Shown piece by piece: positions 8,932-16,757 of a stretch of 34,548 bases of DNA. The DNA lies in the IMG/VR virus record IMGVR_UViG_3300020044_004189, positions 1 to 34,548 of that record, one strand, 5' to 3'. This stretch comes from a virus (lineage: Duplodnaviria; Caudoviricetes). Positions within the stretch are counted from its first letter, which is position 1; each line of letters starts with the position of its first letter. The notes below the pieces were generated by a model. It was not told the origin of the DNA. It saw only the letters and a program-made list of their open reading frames with translations, and searched no databases. A program made the translations under genes and the position numbers.

Positions 8932-9566
8932 TAGATTATGAACTCCATTTTGTTTGATTTTTTTAGATTATCTGAAGCCCATAATGGGCGAAGGTTGGTA
9001 AAATGATTTAATGCGATAACGTCTTGCTCTGTTTTTGCGCTTGAGATTGGCACTATATGGTCAATGTGCCATTGTGGAAAGTTATGCCACCCCATGCCCT
9101 TTGTGAATTGCTTTTCGATGTGGCATCTAAATGCATCATTAGAGCAGCCAATAATATTCTCTGTCGCAGACCCTTTCTTAAAATTCATTGACCGAAGCGA
9201 CTGTCTAACAAGGCATGAAACTCTATGCTTTAAAGCAAAAACTGGATCATTTTTTCTTCTATTCCCCTGCCTTTTTCGTGATGCGGCAATAACTTTTTCA
9301 GGGTTTCTTTGTCTCCATGCCAGCGTGTAACCTTGGTATCTTTGCGGGTCTGCACGTCTAGCCTTCAGCACATTAATGTGGCGCTTTGCTTTCTGATCAT
9401 CAGTGTATAGTCGTTTTGGCCTAAGAACTTCCCTATCTAACTTGCAGGCAACGCACGTTCTTGTGCTGACCATACGCTCTGCAATATGACCTCGCACACA
9501 AGGATTTCCGGTGAAGTATCTGAAAACGCCTGATTTCCTTGCTTCATTTAGGCTGATTGGCGTCAT
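8931..9566 (-). CDS. Free-standing HNH homing endonuclease
   Basis: WHIDHIVPISS...LNHFTNLRPLW...NLKK; N-terminal Zn-ribbon YFTGNPCVRGH...CVAC; visibly AT-richer than its neighbours. Confidence 0.85.
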   Translation of the reverse strand: MTPISLNEARKSGVFRYFTGNPCVRGHIAERMVSTRTCVACKLDREVLRPKRLYTDDQKAKRHINVLKARRADPQRYQGYTLAWRQRNPEKVIAASRKRQGNRRKNDPVFALKHRVSCLVRQSLRSMNFKKGSATENIIGCSNDAFRCHIEKQFTKGMGWHNFPQWHIDHIVPISSAKTEQDVIALNHFTNLRPLWASDNLKKSNKMEFII

Positions 9567-9723
9567 TTGCCTTCAGCCTCCCGCCAGATTTTACCTCTAG
9601 CTCATATTGACGAGCACTCGGAACCGTATCACCCCATCTGCTGATATTGTGCGGCCAAATGCTTAAAGCCTCGGCCAATTGCTTAATCCCTCCAAAATGC
9701 TCAATTGCGTCTTGTGTTTTCAT
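9544..9723 (-). CDS. Cro-like HTH transcriptional regulator (59 aa)
   Basis: MKTQDAIEHFGGIKQLAEALSIWPHNISRWGDTVPSARQYELEVKSGGRLKA, typical of the Cro/YdaS family. Start at ATG 9723 with SD GGAG. Confidence 0.88.
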   Translation of the reverse strand: MKTQDAIEHFGGIKQLAEALSIWPHNISRWGDTVPSARQYELEVKSGGRLKANDANQPK

Positions 9724-9749
9724 TACCACTCCGGTGTTGATGCTAGGTG

Positions 9750-9778
9750 TTGACATAGTACAGAAGTATAAATATGAT
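9750..9778 (+). promoter_or_regulatory. Rightward sigma70 promoter TTGACA-17-TATGAT
   Basis: Consensus -35, near-consensus -10, 17-bp spacer. Confidence 0.8.
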
Positions 9779-9783
9779 GTAAA
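9755..9783 (-). promoter_or_regulatory. Leftward sigma70 promoter TTTACA-17-TACTAT, overlapping the rightward promoter
   Basis: Near-consensus hexamers with a 17-bp spacer, upstream of the cro-like gene. Confidence 0.65.
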
Positions 9784-9831
9784 CCGTAGCCCAACGTGCA
9801 ATGTGCAGACCGGGTTTTTAAAGGTGACAAA

Positions 9832-10524
9832 ATGGCTATACAACTAAGATCAACCAAAGGCATTCATGCCTCTGGAGTCAAAATGCTTGTTTATGGCGCT
9901 TCAGGCGCTGGCAAAACGCACCTGATAAGCACCATGCCAGACCCGGTGATATTTTCAGCAGAGGGCGGACTTCTATCCATAGCAGACAAGGATTTGCCCT
10001 TTATTGAAATTGTGGATATGGCGAGCTTGGTAGAGGCTTATCAATGGCTGACAGGCTCAGATGAAGCAAAGCATTTCCAAAGCATTGCGCTGGACTCAAT
10101 ATCGGAGATTGCCGAAGTGGTTTTGAGCGCCGAGAAAAAGCGCACAGTGAACGGCAAACTTGTGGACCCGAGGCAGGCATACGGACAAATGCAGGAGCAA
10201 ATGGGCGACCTCGTAAGATCGTTTCGAGACATACCGGGGAAGAATGTTTATTTTTCGGCAAAACTTGAAAAGTCAGCAGATGAAATGGGGAGAGTCTCTT
10301 ATGCGCCGTCTATGCCCGGAAACAAAATGGCGCAATCAATGCCGTTTTATTTTGACCTCGTAATGGCCCTGCGCGTAGAAAAGGACGCCGAGGGCGTTGC
10401 CCAACGCGCCCTGATGTGTGACTCAGACGGCCTGTGGCTTGCCAAGGATCGCAGCGGCAAGCTGGACGCATGGGAAGCCCCAGACATTGGAGCAGTCATT
10501 AACAAGATCGGCGGTGCAATATGA
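9832..10524 (+). CDS. AAA_24/Sak4-like ATPase (recombination)
   Basis: YGASGAGKT Walker A, ALDSISE, AKDRSG; SD AAGGTG before ATG 9832. Confidence 0.88.
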   Translation: MAIQLRSTKGIHASGVKMLVYGASGAGKTHLISTMPDPVIFSAEGGLLSIADKDLPFIEIVDMASLVEAYQWLTGSDEAKHFQSIALDSISEIAEVVLSAEKKRTVNGKLVDPRQAYGQMQEQMGDLVRSFRDIPGKNVYFSAKLEKSADEMGRVSYAPSMPGNKMAQSMPFYFDLVMALRVEKDAEGVAQRALMCDSDGLWLAKDRSGKLDAWEAPDIGAVINKIGGAI

Positions 10525-10907
10525 GCCTGTCCGACTTGTCAGCACAATGGATGGCGGCCAAGGACGCCGAGAAAGCAGCTCAGGAGGAGCGCCGACTGAT
10601 TGAGGACAGGATGTTGTCCTTGATCGGCCTGCCGGAGGCATTTGATGGCACCGAGAACGCCGCTGCGCCAGGCTTCAAGATCAAACTGGTGGGTCGCTTG
10701 AATCACAGGATCGACAGCGACAAGCTGCAAGAGATTGCCGCAGAGAATGGCCTGACAGATCACCTGTCGAGCCTCTTCCGCTGGAAGCCTGAGATAAATG
10801 TCAGAAGCTGGAAGGCTGCTGACGAGAGCATCACCACCGCATTGCTTGAAGCAATTACAACAACACCCGGACGTCCGTCCTTTTCAATTGAACATCAGGA
10901 GAAATAA
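10521..10907 (+). CDS. Conserved phage replication-module protein
   Basis: N-terminal coiled coil, LFRWKPEIN and TTTPGRPSFSI; lies between the ATPase and SSB genes. Confidence 0.75.
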   Translation: MSLSDLSAQWMAAKDAEKAAQEERRLIEDRMLSLIGLPEAFDGTENAAAPGFKIKLVGRLNHRIDSDKLQEIAAENGLTDHLSSLFRWKPEINVRSWKAADESITTALLEAITTTPGRPSFSIEHQEK

Positions 10908-10909
10908 AC

Positions 10910-11401
10910 ATGGCCTTTTTAAACGAGACTTTCAGCACCGACGACCTGCCAAAAGGCAACACAGGCGACTACACCCCGCTGCCAGATGGCTGGTACACGG
11001 CGAGCATCGCTGCGGCAAGCCTTGAGACTACCAAGGCAGGTACAGGCCAGTACATCAAGGTGCGCTATGACATTACCGGCCCCACGCATCAGGGGCGGGT
11101 GGTGTTCGGCAACCTCAACATCCGCAATCCAAACCCCAAGGCCGAGGAGATCGGTCGGCAGCAGCTTGGTGATGTAATGCGCTCGATTGGTCTGGCGAAG
11201 GTCTCCGACACCGATCAGCTTATCGGCAACCGTTGCTCGATCAAGCTGACGACAAAGACCTCCGAAGGGTACGAGCCGTCGAATGAGATCAAGGGCTGGA
11301 AGGCCATCGAAGGCGGCGCAATGCCCAAGCCTGCTGCACCGGCAGCCGCTGCAAGCACGGCAGCAACGCCACCAGTCTCCCCACCCTGGGGCCGCAAATA
11401 A
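10910..11401 (+). CDS. DUF669-type single-stranded DNA-binding protein
   Basis: YTPLPDGWY, GQYIKVRYDI, GRVVFGNLNI, NEIKGW, and an Ala/Pro linker ending PPWGRK. Confidence 0.85.
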   Translation: MAFLNETFSTDDLPKGNTGDYTPLPDGWYTASIAAASLETTKAGTGQYIKVRYDITGPTHQGRVVFGNLNIRNPNPKAEEIGRQQLGDVMRSIGLAKVSDTDQLIGNRCSIKLTTKTSEGYEPSNEIKGWKAIEGGAMPKPAAPAAAASTAATPPVSPPWGRK

Positions 11402-11411
11402 TAACAGCAGG

Positions 11412-11441
11412 GCAGGGGCGGGAAACCGTCCCTGTAATTTT
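11412..11441 (+). promoter_or_regulatory. GC-rich hairpin (10-bp stem, GAAA loop) between the SSB and exonuclease genes; attenuator or translational element
   Basis: GCAGGGGCGG-GAAA-CCGTCCCTGT-AATTTT-ATG. Confidence 0.65.
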
Positions 11442-12464
11442 ATGACCGCAATTCCCGAAGCAATGAATACCCTTTCGGCCATGATCGACGCCGCGCACGA
11501 AGCCCGCGCCGAGAAGCCACGCCCCCACATGGGCTGCTCACAGCTTGGCGAGCAGTGCGAGCGCAAGATGTGGCTGTCCTTTCGCTGGGCGGTCATCGAG
11601 CCGTTCCCCGGTCGCATCCTGCGCCTGTTTCGACGCGGGCAGAGGGAGGAGGAAACAGTTGTTTCCGACCTGCGATCTGTCGGGTGCCATGTGACGCACA
11701 CCGGGCAGGAGCAAAGCCGGGTTGATTTCGGAGGCCATGTGTCGGGCAGCATGGACGGAATCATCGAGTCGGGCGTTCCAGAGGCACCGAAAAAGCCGCA
11801 CATTTTGGAGATCAAAACCCACAGCCTGAAGTCATTTAATGAGCTGGAAAAAAGCGGGGTGCAGCTTGCCAAGCCGGTCCACTGGGCACAGATGCAGGTG
11901 TATATGCTGGGCGCAAAGGTGGACCGCGCCCTGTACTACGCCGTCTGTAAAGACGATGACCGCCTATACACCGAGAGAGTGCGCCTGTGCGAAGAATCAG
12001 CAAAGGCATACGTGGATCGGGGCCAGCGCATTGCGTTGACTGAGCGTATGCCTGAGCCGATTACCGGCGCATCGCCAGCCTGGTACATCTGCAAATTCTG
12101 CCCCGGGCATGGCTTCTGCCACAAGACGCAAAAGACCGAACAGGTCAACTGCCGTACCTGCGCCCATGCCACGCCAAAGGATGATGGCACATGGCACTGT
12201 GCTCGATGGGGCGACACGATACCGACCGAGGCGCAGTATGCCGGGTGCGATAGCCATGTGCTGCATCCTGATCTTGTGCCTTGGAAACTTTCTGGCGGAT
12301 TCGGTGATTGGTCGGCAGCCTATGAGATCGAAGGTCAGGAAGTTATAAACGGCGAGGACGGATACAGCAGCGCAGAATTGCTGGCGAACCTTGCGCTGGC
12401 CTTGAGCGGCGATGAAAACGTGGCAGCGATGCGTGAACAATTTGGGGCGAGGATTACAGCATGA
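11442..12464 (+). CDS. Cas4/AddB-like PD-(D/E)XK exonuclease
   Basis: CERKMW...GSMDG...LEIKT...QMQVYM...CKFCPGHGFC (Fe-S staple), plus an extra Cys/His cluster. Likely start at ATG 11442. Confidence 0.87.
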   Translation: MTAIPEAMNTLSAMIDAAHEARAEKPRPHMGCSQLGEQCERKMWLSFRWAVIEPFPGRILRLFRRGQREEETVVSDLRSVGCHVTHTGQEQSRVDFGGHVSGSMDGIIESGVPEAPKKPHILEIKTHSLKSFNELEKSGVQLAKPVHWAQMQVYMLGAKVDRALYYAVCKDDDRLYTERVRLCEESAKAYVDRGQRIALTERMPEPITGASPAWYICKFCPGHGFCHKTQKTEQVNCRTCAHATPKDDGTWHCARWGDTIPTEAQYAGCDSHVLHPDLVPWKLSGGFGDWSAAYEIEGQEVINGEDGYSSAELLANLALALSGDENVAAMREQFGARITA

Positions 12465-12826
12465 TATTTCCAATCGTACAAACGAGCCAATCTGGAGACA
12501 ATGCCGAGGTGGTTTGCCCGTCTTGCGGAGAATCATACACGCATCATTTGGTCGTTAAATCAATCACTCGTTATTGCGAAGATGATAAAAAAGGAACGTC
12601 CGTTACCGTTCGCGGTCACAATGTTTCATTTTCAAATGATGCAGAAACAGACAATGCAAGCGCCAGGCGCGATTCTTTTTCCATAAAGTTTACGTGTGAA
12701 GGCGGGTGCGACGATTTTATATTGGCTTTTTCACAGCACAAAGGCGTTACTTTTTTGCACACAAGCATAATCAAAGGCGCTGGCTGCTCTTGGTTTAACA
12801 CAGGGGACGACGACAATGCTCCGTGA
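12461..12826 (+). CDS. AT-rich hypothetical protein with putative Zn-binding motifs
   Basis: CPSCG...H, CEGGC, QHKG; overlaps both neighbouring genes; lower GC than the flanks. Confidence 0.7.
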   Translation: MIFPIVQTSQSGDNAEVVCPSCGESYTHHLVVKSITRYCEDDKKGTSVTVRGHNVSFSNDAETDNASARRDSFSIKFTCEGGCDDFILAFSQHKGVTFLHTSIIKGAGCSWFNTGDDDNAP

Positions 12827-14402
12827 ATACCAACAACGCGCCATCACCCAGCTCTATGAATGGTTTGGAGAAAATGGTAATGGAAACCCATGCTTGGTGC
12901 TGCCAACCGGGTCAGGCAAGAGCCACATCGTAGCGGCACTGTGCAAGGATGCTTTGCAGAACTGGCCTGAAACGCGAGTGCTCATGCTGACGCACGTTAA
13001 AGAGCTGATCAGCCAGAACGCCGAAAAGATGCGCCAGCACTGGAAGGGTGCGCCGATGGGCATCTATTCCGCCAGCCTGAACAGCCGCAACCTTGCCGAG
13101 CCGATTACCTTTGCGGGCATCCAGTCGGTGCGAAACAAAGCCGATCAGATTGGCTACGTTGACCTTATTATCGTAGACGAGTGCCACCTGATCGGCATCG
13201 CAGAAACAGGTGGTTACAGGATGCTGATTGACGCTCTGACAACAATCAATCCAATGCTGCGCGTGATCGGCTTGACCGCCACGCCGTACCGTCTTGGGCA
13301 CGGCATGATTACCGACAAGCCAGCCATATTTGACGCCCTGATCGAGCCAGTAAGCATCGAGGAGCTGCTGCACAAGGGCTATCTGGCCCCGCTGCGCTCC
13401 AAGGTGACACGCGAAAAGCTGTCCGTTGACGGACTGCACAAGCGAGGAGGAGAGTACATCGAGTCAGAGATGCAGGAGGCTTTCGACACCGAAGACCACA
13501 ACCGCGCAGTGGTGGATGAGGTCATAGGCTTTGCCGAGGATCGCAAGTCATGGCTGTTCTTTTGCGCTGGGGTGAAACACGCCGAGAACGTGGCGGCGGT
13601 CCTGCGTGATCGCGGCATTGCAGCGCAGTGCGTCACCGGCAAGACGCCCAAGAAAGAGCGTGAGGCGATTCTGAAAGACTTCAAGGCGGGCAGGCTTCGT
13701 GCCGTGACCAATGCCAATGTGCTGACCACCGGCTTTGACCACCCTGACATTGATCTCATTGCTATGCTACGCGCCACTGCATCGCCAGGCTTATATGTCC
13801 AGATGGCTGGCCGAGGGCTGCGGCCAAAGTCGCACACCGATCATTGTTTGGTGCTGGATTTTGCGGGAGTGGTAGAGGAGCACGGCCCCATCACTCGCGT
13901 CAGACCGCCGAGCAAGAAGGGTGTGGAAGGAAAAGGCGAAGCACCTGTAAAGGTGTGCGAGAGCTGCGGGGAGTTGGTGTACATATCTGCCACCGTTTGC
14001 CCAGCCTGCGGAGAGGCGTTTCCAGAGCCTTTTAAAAAGCCGCTGGTGCTGCGTGACGTTGACATAATGGGCATGGACGCTATTGAGATGGCCGTCACAG
14101 ACTGGCGATGGCGAGAGCACACCAGCAGGGTAAGCGGCAAGCAGATGATCGCGGTGGACTATTACGGCGCGCTGTCCGATCCTCTCATCACCGAGTTCTT
14201 TACCATCCTGCACGATGGCTACGCAGGACAGCGAGCAATGCAAACGCTGGCATCAATAGCCGCACAGTGTAATGCTCTGGATGCTGTCCGGTCGGATGAC
14301 CTATCCGAGATCGCCGCACGGCTGTCAGCGGGCAGGCTTCCCAAGCTGATCGAGTACAAGAAAGATGGAAAGTACTTCAGAGTCACCAAACGAGTATTTT
14401 GA
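12816..14402 (+). CDS. Superfamily 2 (DEAD/DEAH, RadD-like) DNA helicase
   Basis: LREYQ, PTGSGKS, DECH, TAT, LTTGFD, QMAGRGLR, and a C-terminal Zn finger CESC...CPAC. Confidence 0.95.
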   Translation: MLREYQQRAITQLYEWFGENGNGNPCLVLPTGSGKSHIVAALCKDALQNWPETRVLMLTHVKELISQNAEKMRQHWKGAPMGIYSASLNSRNLAEPITFAGIQSVRNKADQIGYVDLIIVDECHLIGIAETGGYRMLIDALTTINPMLRVIGLTATPYRLGHGMITDKPAIFDALIEPVSIEELLHKGYLAPLRSKVTREKLSVDGLHKRGGEYIESEMQEAFDTEDHNRAVVDEVIGFAEDRKSWLFFCAGVKHAENVAAVLRDRGIAAQCVTGKTPKKEREAILKDFKAGRLRAVTNANVLTTGFDHPDIDLIAMLRATASPGLYVQMAGRGLRPKSHTDHCLVLDFAGVVEEHGPITRVRPPSKKGVEGKGEAPVKVCESCGELVYISATVCPACGEAFPEPFKKPLVLRDVDIMGMDAIEMAVTDWRWREHTSRVSGKQMIAVDYYGALSDPLITEFFTILHDGYAGQRAMQTLASIAAQCNALDAVRSDDLSEIAARLSAGRLPKLIEYKKDGKYFRVTKRVF

Positions 14403-14410
14403 GGTTTGAT

Positions 14411-14596
14411 ATGTACAAGACCCCGGCGTTCATCAGCGAGTGGTACAACCGGCGACCGCCAAAGTGCTGCCACACTTGCGAAAGCTTCTTTATAAAAAGT
14501 GGACGGTGCATCAAGTTCGAGCAGATCGTCCCAGAACAATTTGCACAGGAGATTGACCAATGCGCCGAGTGGCAAGAGTTAAGAATACCGTTTTGA
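14411..14596 (+). CDS. Small Cys-rich protein ending in IPF
   Basis: PPKCCHTC...GRC...C..W...IPF; SD GAGG before ATG 14411. Confidence 0.7.
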   Translation: MYKTPAFISEWYNRRPPKCCHTCESFFIKSGRCIKFEQIVPEQFAQEIDQCAEWQELRIPF

Positions 14597-14964
14597 AGTG
14601 CGCCGATGTAGCGGGCCGGGTGCCGACTGAGCATGAGGAGCAGCGCGAGCTGGTGGCATGGTTCCGCCGCCAGTATGAGGGAGTGCGTATCTTTGCCATC
14701 CCCAACGGCGGATCGCGCTCCCAGCGCGAGGGAGGGAGGCTGAAGCTGGAGGGCGTCAGCGCAGGAGTGCCTGACCTTTATATCCCGGCATGGCACTGTT
14801 GGATCGAGATGAAGCGGCAAAAGGGCGGAATCTTATCAGCAGAGCAGAAGGACTGGCGCGACTACCTCCAGAGCATTGGCGACACATGGCTGGTTGCAAA
14901 GGGCTGCCAGGATGCACAGCGGCAGATAATAGATAAAATAGAACACCCCGCCCGCAATCAATAG
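14593..14964 (+). CDS. VRR-NUC domain nuclease (Holliday junction resolvase-like)
   Basis: TEHEEQ, FAIPNGG, GVPDL, IEMK, LSAEQKDW. The start codon is uncertain; a TTG coupled to the upstream stop is assumed. Confidence 0.88.
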   Translation: MKCADVAGRVPTEHEEQRELVAWFRRQYEGVRIFAIPNGGSRSQREGGRLKLEGVSAGVPDLYIPAWHCWIEMKRQKGGILSAEQKDWRDYLQSIGDTWLVAKGCQDAQRQIIDKIEHPARNQ

Positions 14965-15064
14965 AAACTATTTGTATAAAATGTGTATACATAAGGGCAA
15001 GGAGTGGTTATTGTACGCACATGGTCAGGCACAAAGCAGGGCCGACAAACAAGGAGCAAGCAAG

Positions 15065-15340
15065 ATGTACAAGACTCAGCAGCAGGCAGATAGAACAAGA
15101 GCCATTTGGCAGGAGGCGCTGAACACCACGGAGAGCGATGAAGCCCGTGTGATGGCTTGGGATGCTGGCGACAACGCTGCTGAAACCTGTGCCGAGAATG
15201 GTCAAGCCCGCCTTAATGAAAAAGGTTGTCTTTCTGATGAGTTCCTTTATTGGTGGGAGCTGTCACTGATCAGCATCCTGTCTGACTCACGCGACACTTC
15301 GGCTCACGCGTATTTTGCAAAGCGCGGGATTACTGCTTAA
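15065..15340 (+). CDS. Hypothetical early protein (91 aa)
   Basis: SD AAGGAG before ATG 15065; first gene after an AT-rich intergenic region. Confidence 0.7.
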   Translation: MYKTQQQADRTRAIWQEALNTTESDEARVMAWDAGDNAAETCAENGQARLNEKGCLSDEFLYWWELSLISILSDSRDTSAHAYFAKRGITA

Positions 15341-15347
15341 CCACCCC

Positions 15348-15362
15348 CGGCCACGGACGGCC
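15348..15362 (+). repeat. Intergenic motif CGGCCACGGACGGCC (copy 1)
   Basis: Near-identical to 15680-15694; sits just after a stop codon and before an SD. Confidence 0.7.
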
Positions 15363-15380
15363 TGAACTGAGGTAAACACC

Positions 15381-15671
15381 ATGCAAAAAATATTCGGCGC
15401 GATCTATCGACACTTGCAAGACAAAAACATAAACAAAGCGGTGGAAAATGCCAGAAGGCAGGCAGCAAGGCTGGAACAAGCCATACAGCTCATGACGGAC
15501 TTTGAAGGCAAGCTGCTCCAATCGTTTGAGGAGATGCAGAACCTAAAAAACGCCTTGGAAGCGCAGGGGCATATGTGCTGCGTCTTCACACTCAACAATG
15601 GCCTCTGCGGGCTTGTCGATCCAAGTGGCGACCTCATTGCGACTTGTTTTCGAGAATCGTCTGTAGACTAA
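15381..15671 (+). CDS. Hypothetical early protein
   Basis: SD GAGGT; coiled-coil N-terminal half. Confidence 0.7.
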   Translation: MQKIFGAIYRHLQDKNINKAVENARRQAARLEQAIQLMTDFEGKLLQSFEEMQNLKNALEAQGHMCCVFTLNNGLCGLVDPSGDLIATCFRESSVD

Positions 15672-15679
15672 ACCAACCA

Positions 15680-15694
15680 CGGCCAAGGACGGCC
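15680..15694 (+). repeat. Intergenic motif CGGCCAAGGACGGCC (copy 2)
   Basis: 14/15 identical to copy 1, in the same context. Confidence 0.7.
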
Positions 15695-15712
15695 ATCACC
15701 AAGGAGCCAAAA

Positions 15713-15841
15713 TTGAAAGACAAAAACATCAACATCCGCGTCACATCTGAACAGCATATGCAGATTATGCGAGCAGCCCGCAAGCTGGGCCTGACAGTGT
15801 CGGCATACATTCTTATGCTGGCCGAAGGAGCGCAGAAGTGA
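15713..15841 (+). CDS. Ribbon-helix-helix DNA-binding protein (42 aa)
   Basis: TTG start after AAGGAG. KDKNINIRVTSEQHMQIMRAARKLGLTVSAYI fits an RHH (MobC/DUF1778-like) pattern. Confidence 0.78.
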   Translation: MKDKNINIRVTSEQHMQIMRAARKLGLTVSAYILMLAEGAQK

Positions 15842-15909
15842 GTGAAACCAAAGCGATGATACTAACCCTTCTCTGCGCCTTTCTTGTTGGCGCGATGGTG
15901 ATCCTATGA
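15838..15909 (+). CDS. Putative 23-aa membrane micro-peptide
   Basis: GTG start with SD AAGGAG; MSETKAMILTLLCAFLVGAMVIL; coupled overlaps at both ends. Confidence 0.55.
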   Translation: MSETKAMILTLLCAFLVGAMVIL

Positions 15910-16091
15910 GCGCATACGGATTCTGGAAACGCGCCCGCCCATTGAGCGATAGCGCATTTACCAAGGGCTTCATTATGACCCTGATGAATAGAGAACGCGC
16001 CCGCCTTGCCAAGCGCATACGCGCACTGGAGACCAAGCTCGGAAGGCCGCACAGGCACCTGAAGCAGTGCGGGGCGGTGCAGTATGTTTGA
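15906..16091 (+). CDS. Hypothetical basic protein
   Basis: ATGA coupling; fills the operon gap. Confidence 0.6.
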   Translation: MSAYGFWKRARPLSDSAFTKGFIMTLMNRERARLAKRIRALETKLGRPHRHLKQCGAVQYV

Positions 16092-16245
16092 CTACGATGA
16101 CGACGAGCGGCCAACGCTGCGCCAGCGATGGTACCAGCAAGACCTACGCAGGCACCCAGACTGCCGTGATCCAGATCATCCGGGTTGCCCATCATGTGAA
16201 CCAGAGGAAGACGAGGAGGAGAATGATGATAGTCCGAGAAATTAG
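16084..16245 (+). CDS. Acidic micro-protein with HPDCRDPDHPGCxxC motif (53 aa)
   Basis: Own translation: MFDYDDDERPTLRQRWYQQDLRRHPDCRDPDHPGCPSCEPEEDEEENDDSPRN. Confidence 0.7.
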   Translation: MFDYDDDERPTLRQRWYQQDLRRHPDCRDPDHPGCPSCEPEEDEEENDDSPRN

Positions 16246-16363
16246 CCCCAAATGGTTCCGTTTAGACGCTGAAGGACTGGTGTTCTTCGGCTACACCAAA
16301 GAGCAAGTGTGGCACAAATATCAGGCGTGGATACGCCAGTATGATCTGAGGAGAATGAGATGA
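16223..16363 (+). CDS. Hypothetical protein (46 aa)
   Basis: Strong SD GAGGAGGAG; MMIVREISPKWFRL... Confidence 0.65.
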   Translation: MMIVREISPKWFRLDAEGLVFFGYTKEQVWHKYQAWIRQYDLRRMR

Positions 16364-16524
16364 AAGAAGAACTAACACTGCGCGACTATTTCGCCGCTGC
16401 GGCTTTGCAAGGAATGCTGGCCGACAGCAAATTGGAGGCAGAGTATTCAGAGTTCGCGAGGCGGGCTTACAGGCTGGCGGATGCAATGCTCAAGGAGCGT
16501 GGATATGCAAATGACAGAGCGTGA
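16360..16524 (+). CDS. Conserved small phage protein of the 'TLRDYFAA...ADAML' family (54 aa)
   Basis: Own translation: MKEELTLRDYFAAAALQGMLAD...AYRLADAMLKER; SD GAGGAG. Confidence 0.8.
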   Translation: MKEELTLRDYFAAAALQGMLADSKLEAEYSEFARRAYRLADAMLKERGYANDRA

Positions 16525-16756
16525 ACAGTTTGAGGCATGGTGGCCGTCAGTGGGGCAGACAATTGGGAAAGCTGCAGCATGGGAAGCATGGCAAGCCGCC
16601 ACAGCCCTGCAAGATCAGCGGGTGAGGGAGCTGGAGGATGCGCTTCGCGGTCTTTTGCAATTAGCTGGCGAAGACCTTCGGCTTGACGACATTGACCTTT
16701 GCAAAGAGATGCGGGACGGACTGAAAGCACTAAGCGCCACGGCGCGGGAGAGTTGA
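16505..16756 (+). CDS. Hypothetical phage protein (REQFEAWW...AWEAWQAA motif)
   Basis: SD AAGGAG; the motif is common in small early phage genes. Confidence 0.7.
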   Translation: MQMTEREQFEAWWPSVGQTIGKAAAWEAWQAATALQDQRVRELEDALRGLLQLAGEDLRLDDIDLCKEMRDGLKALSATARES

Positions 16757-16757
16757 G

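Noticed and set aside
10919-11872. 317-aa antisense ORF, and other long shadow ORFs such as 20282-20950, 23697-24425 and 7310-7987
   Set aside because: They overlap well-supported genes in the opposite strand or another frame, carry no motifs, and are expected in GC-rich or Gly-rich coding DNA.
11442-12464. CRISPR-associated cas4
   Set aside because: There are no other cas genes or array; the context is a standard phage recombination module.
14965-15030. Specific early promoter call
   Set aside because: The AT-rich gap probably holds a promoter, but I could not find a convincing -35/-10 pair with correct spacing.
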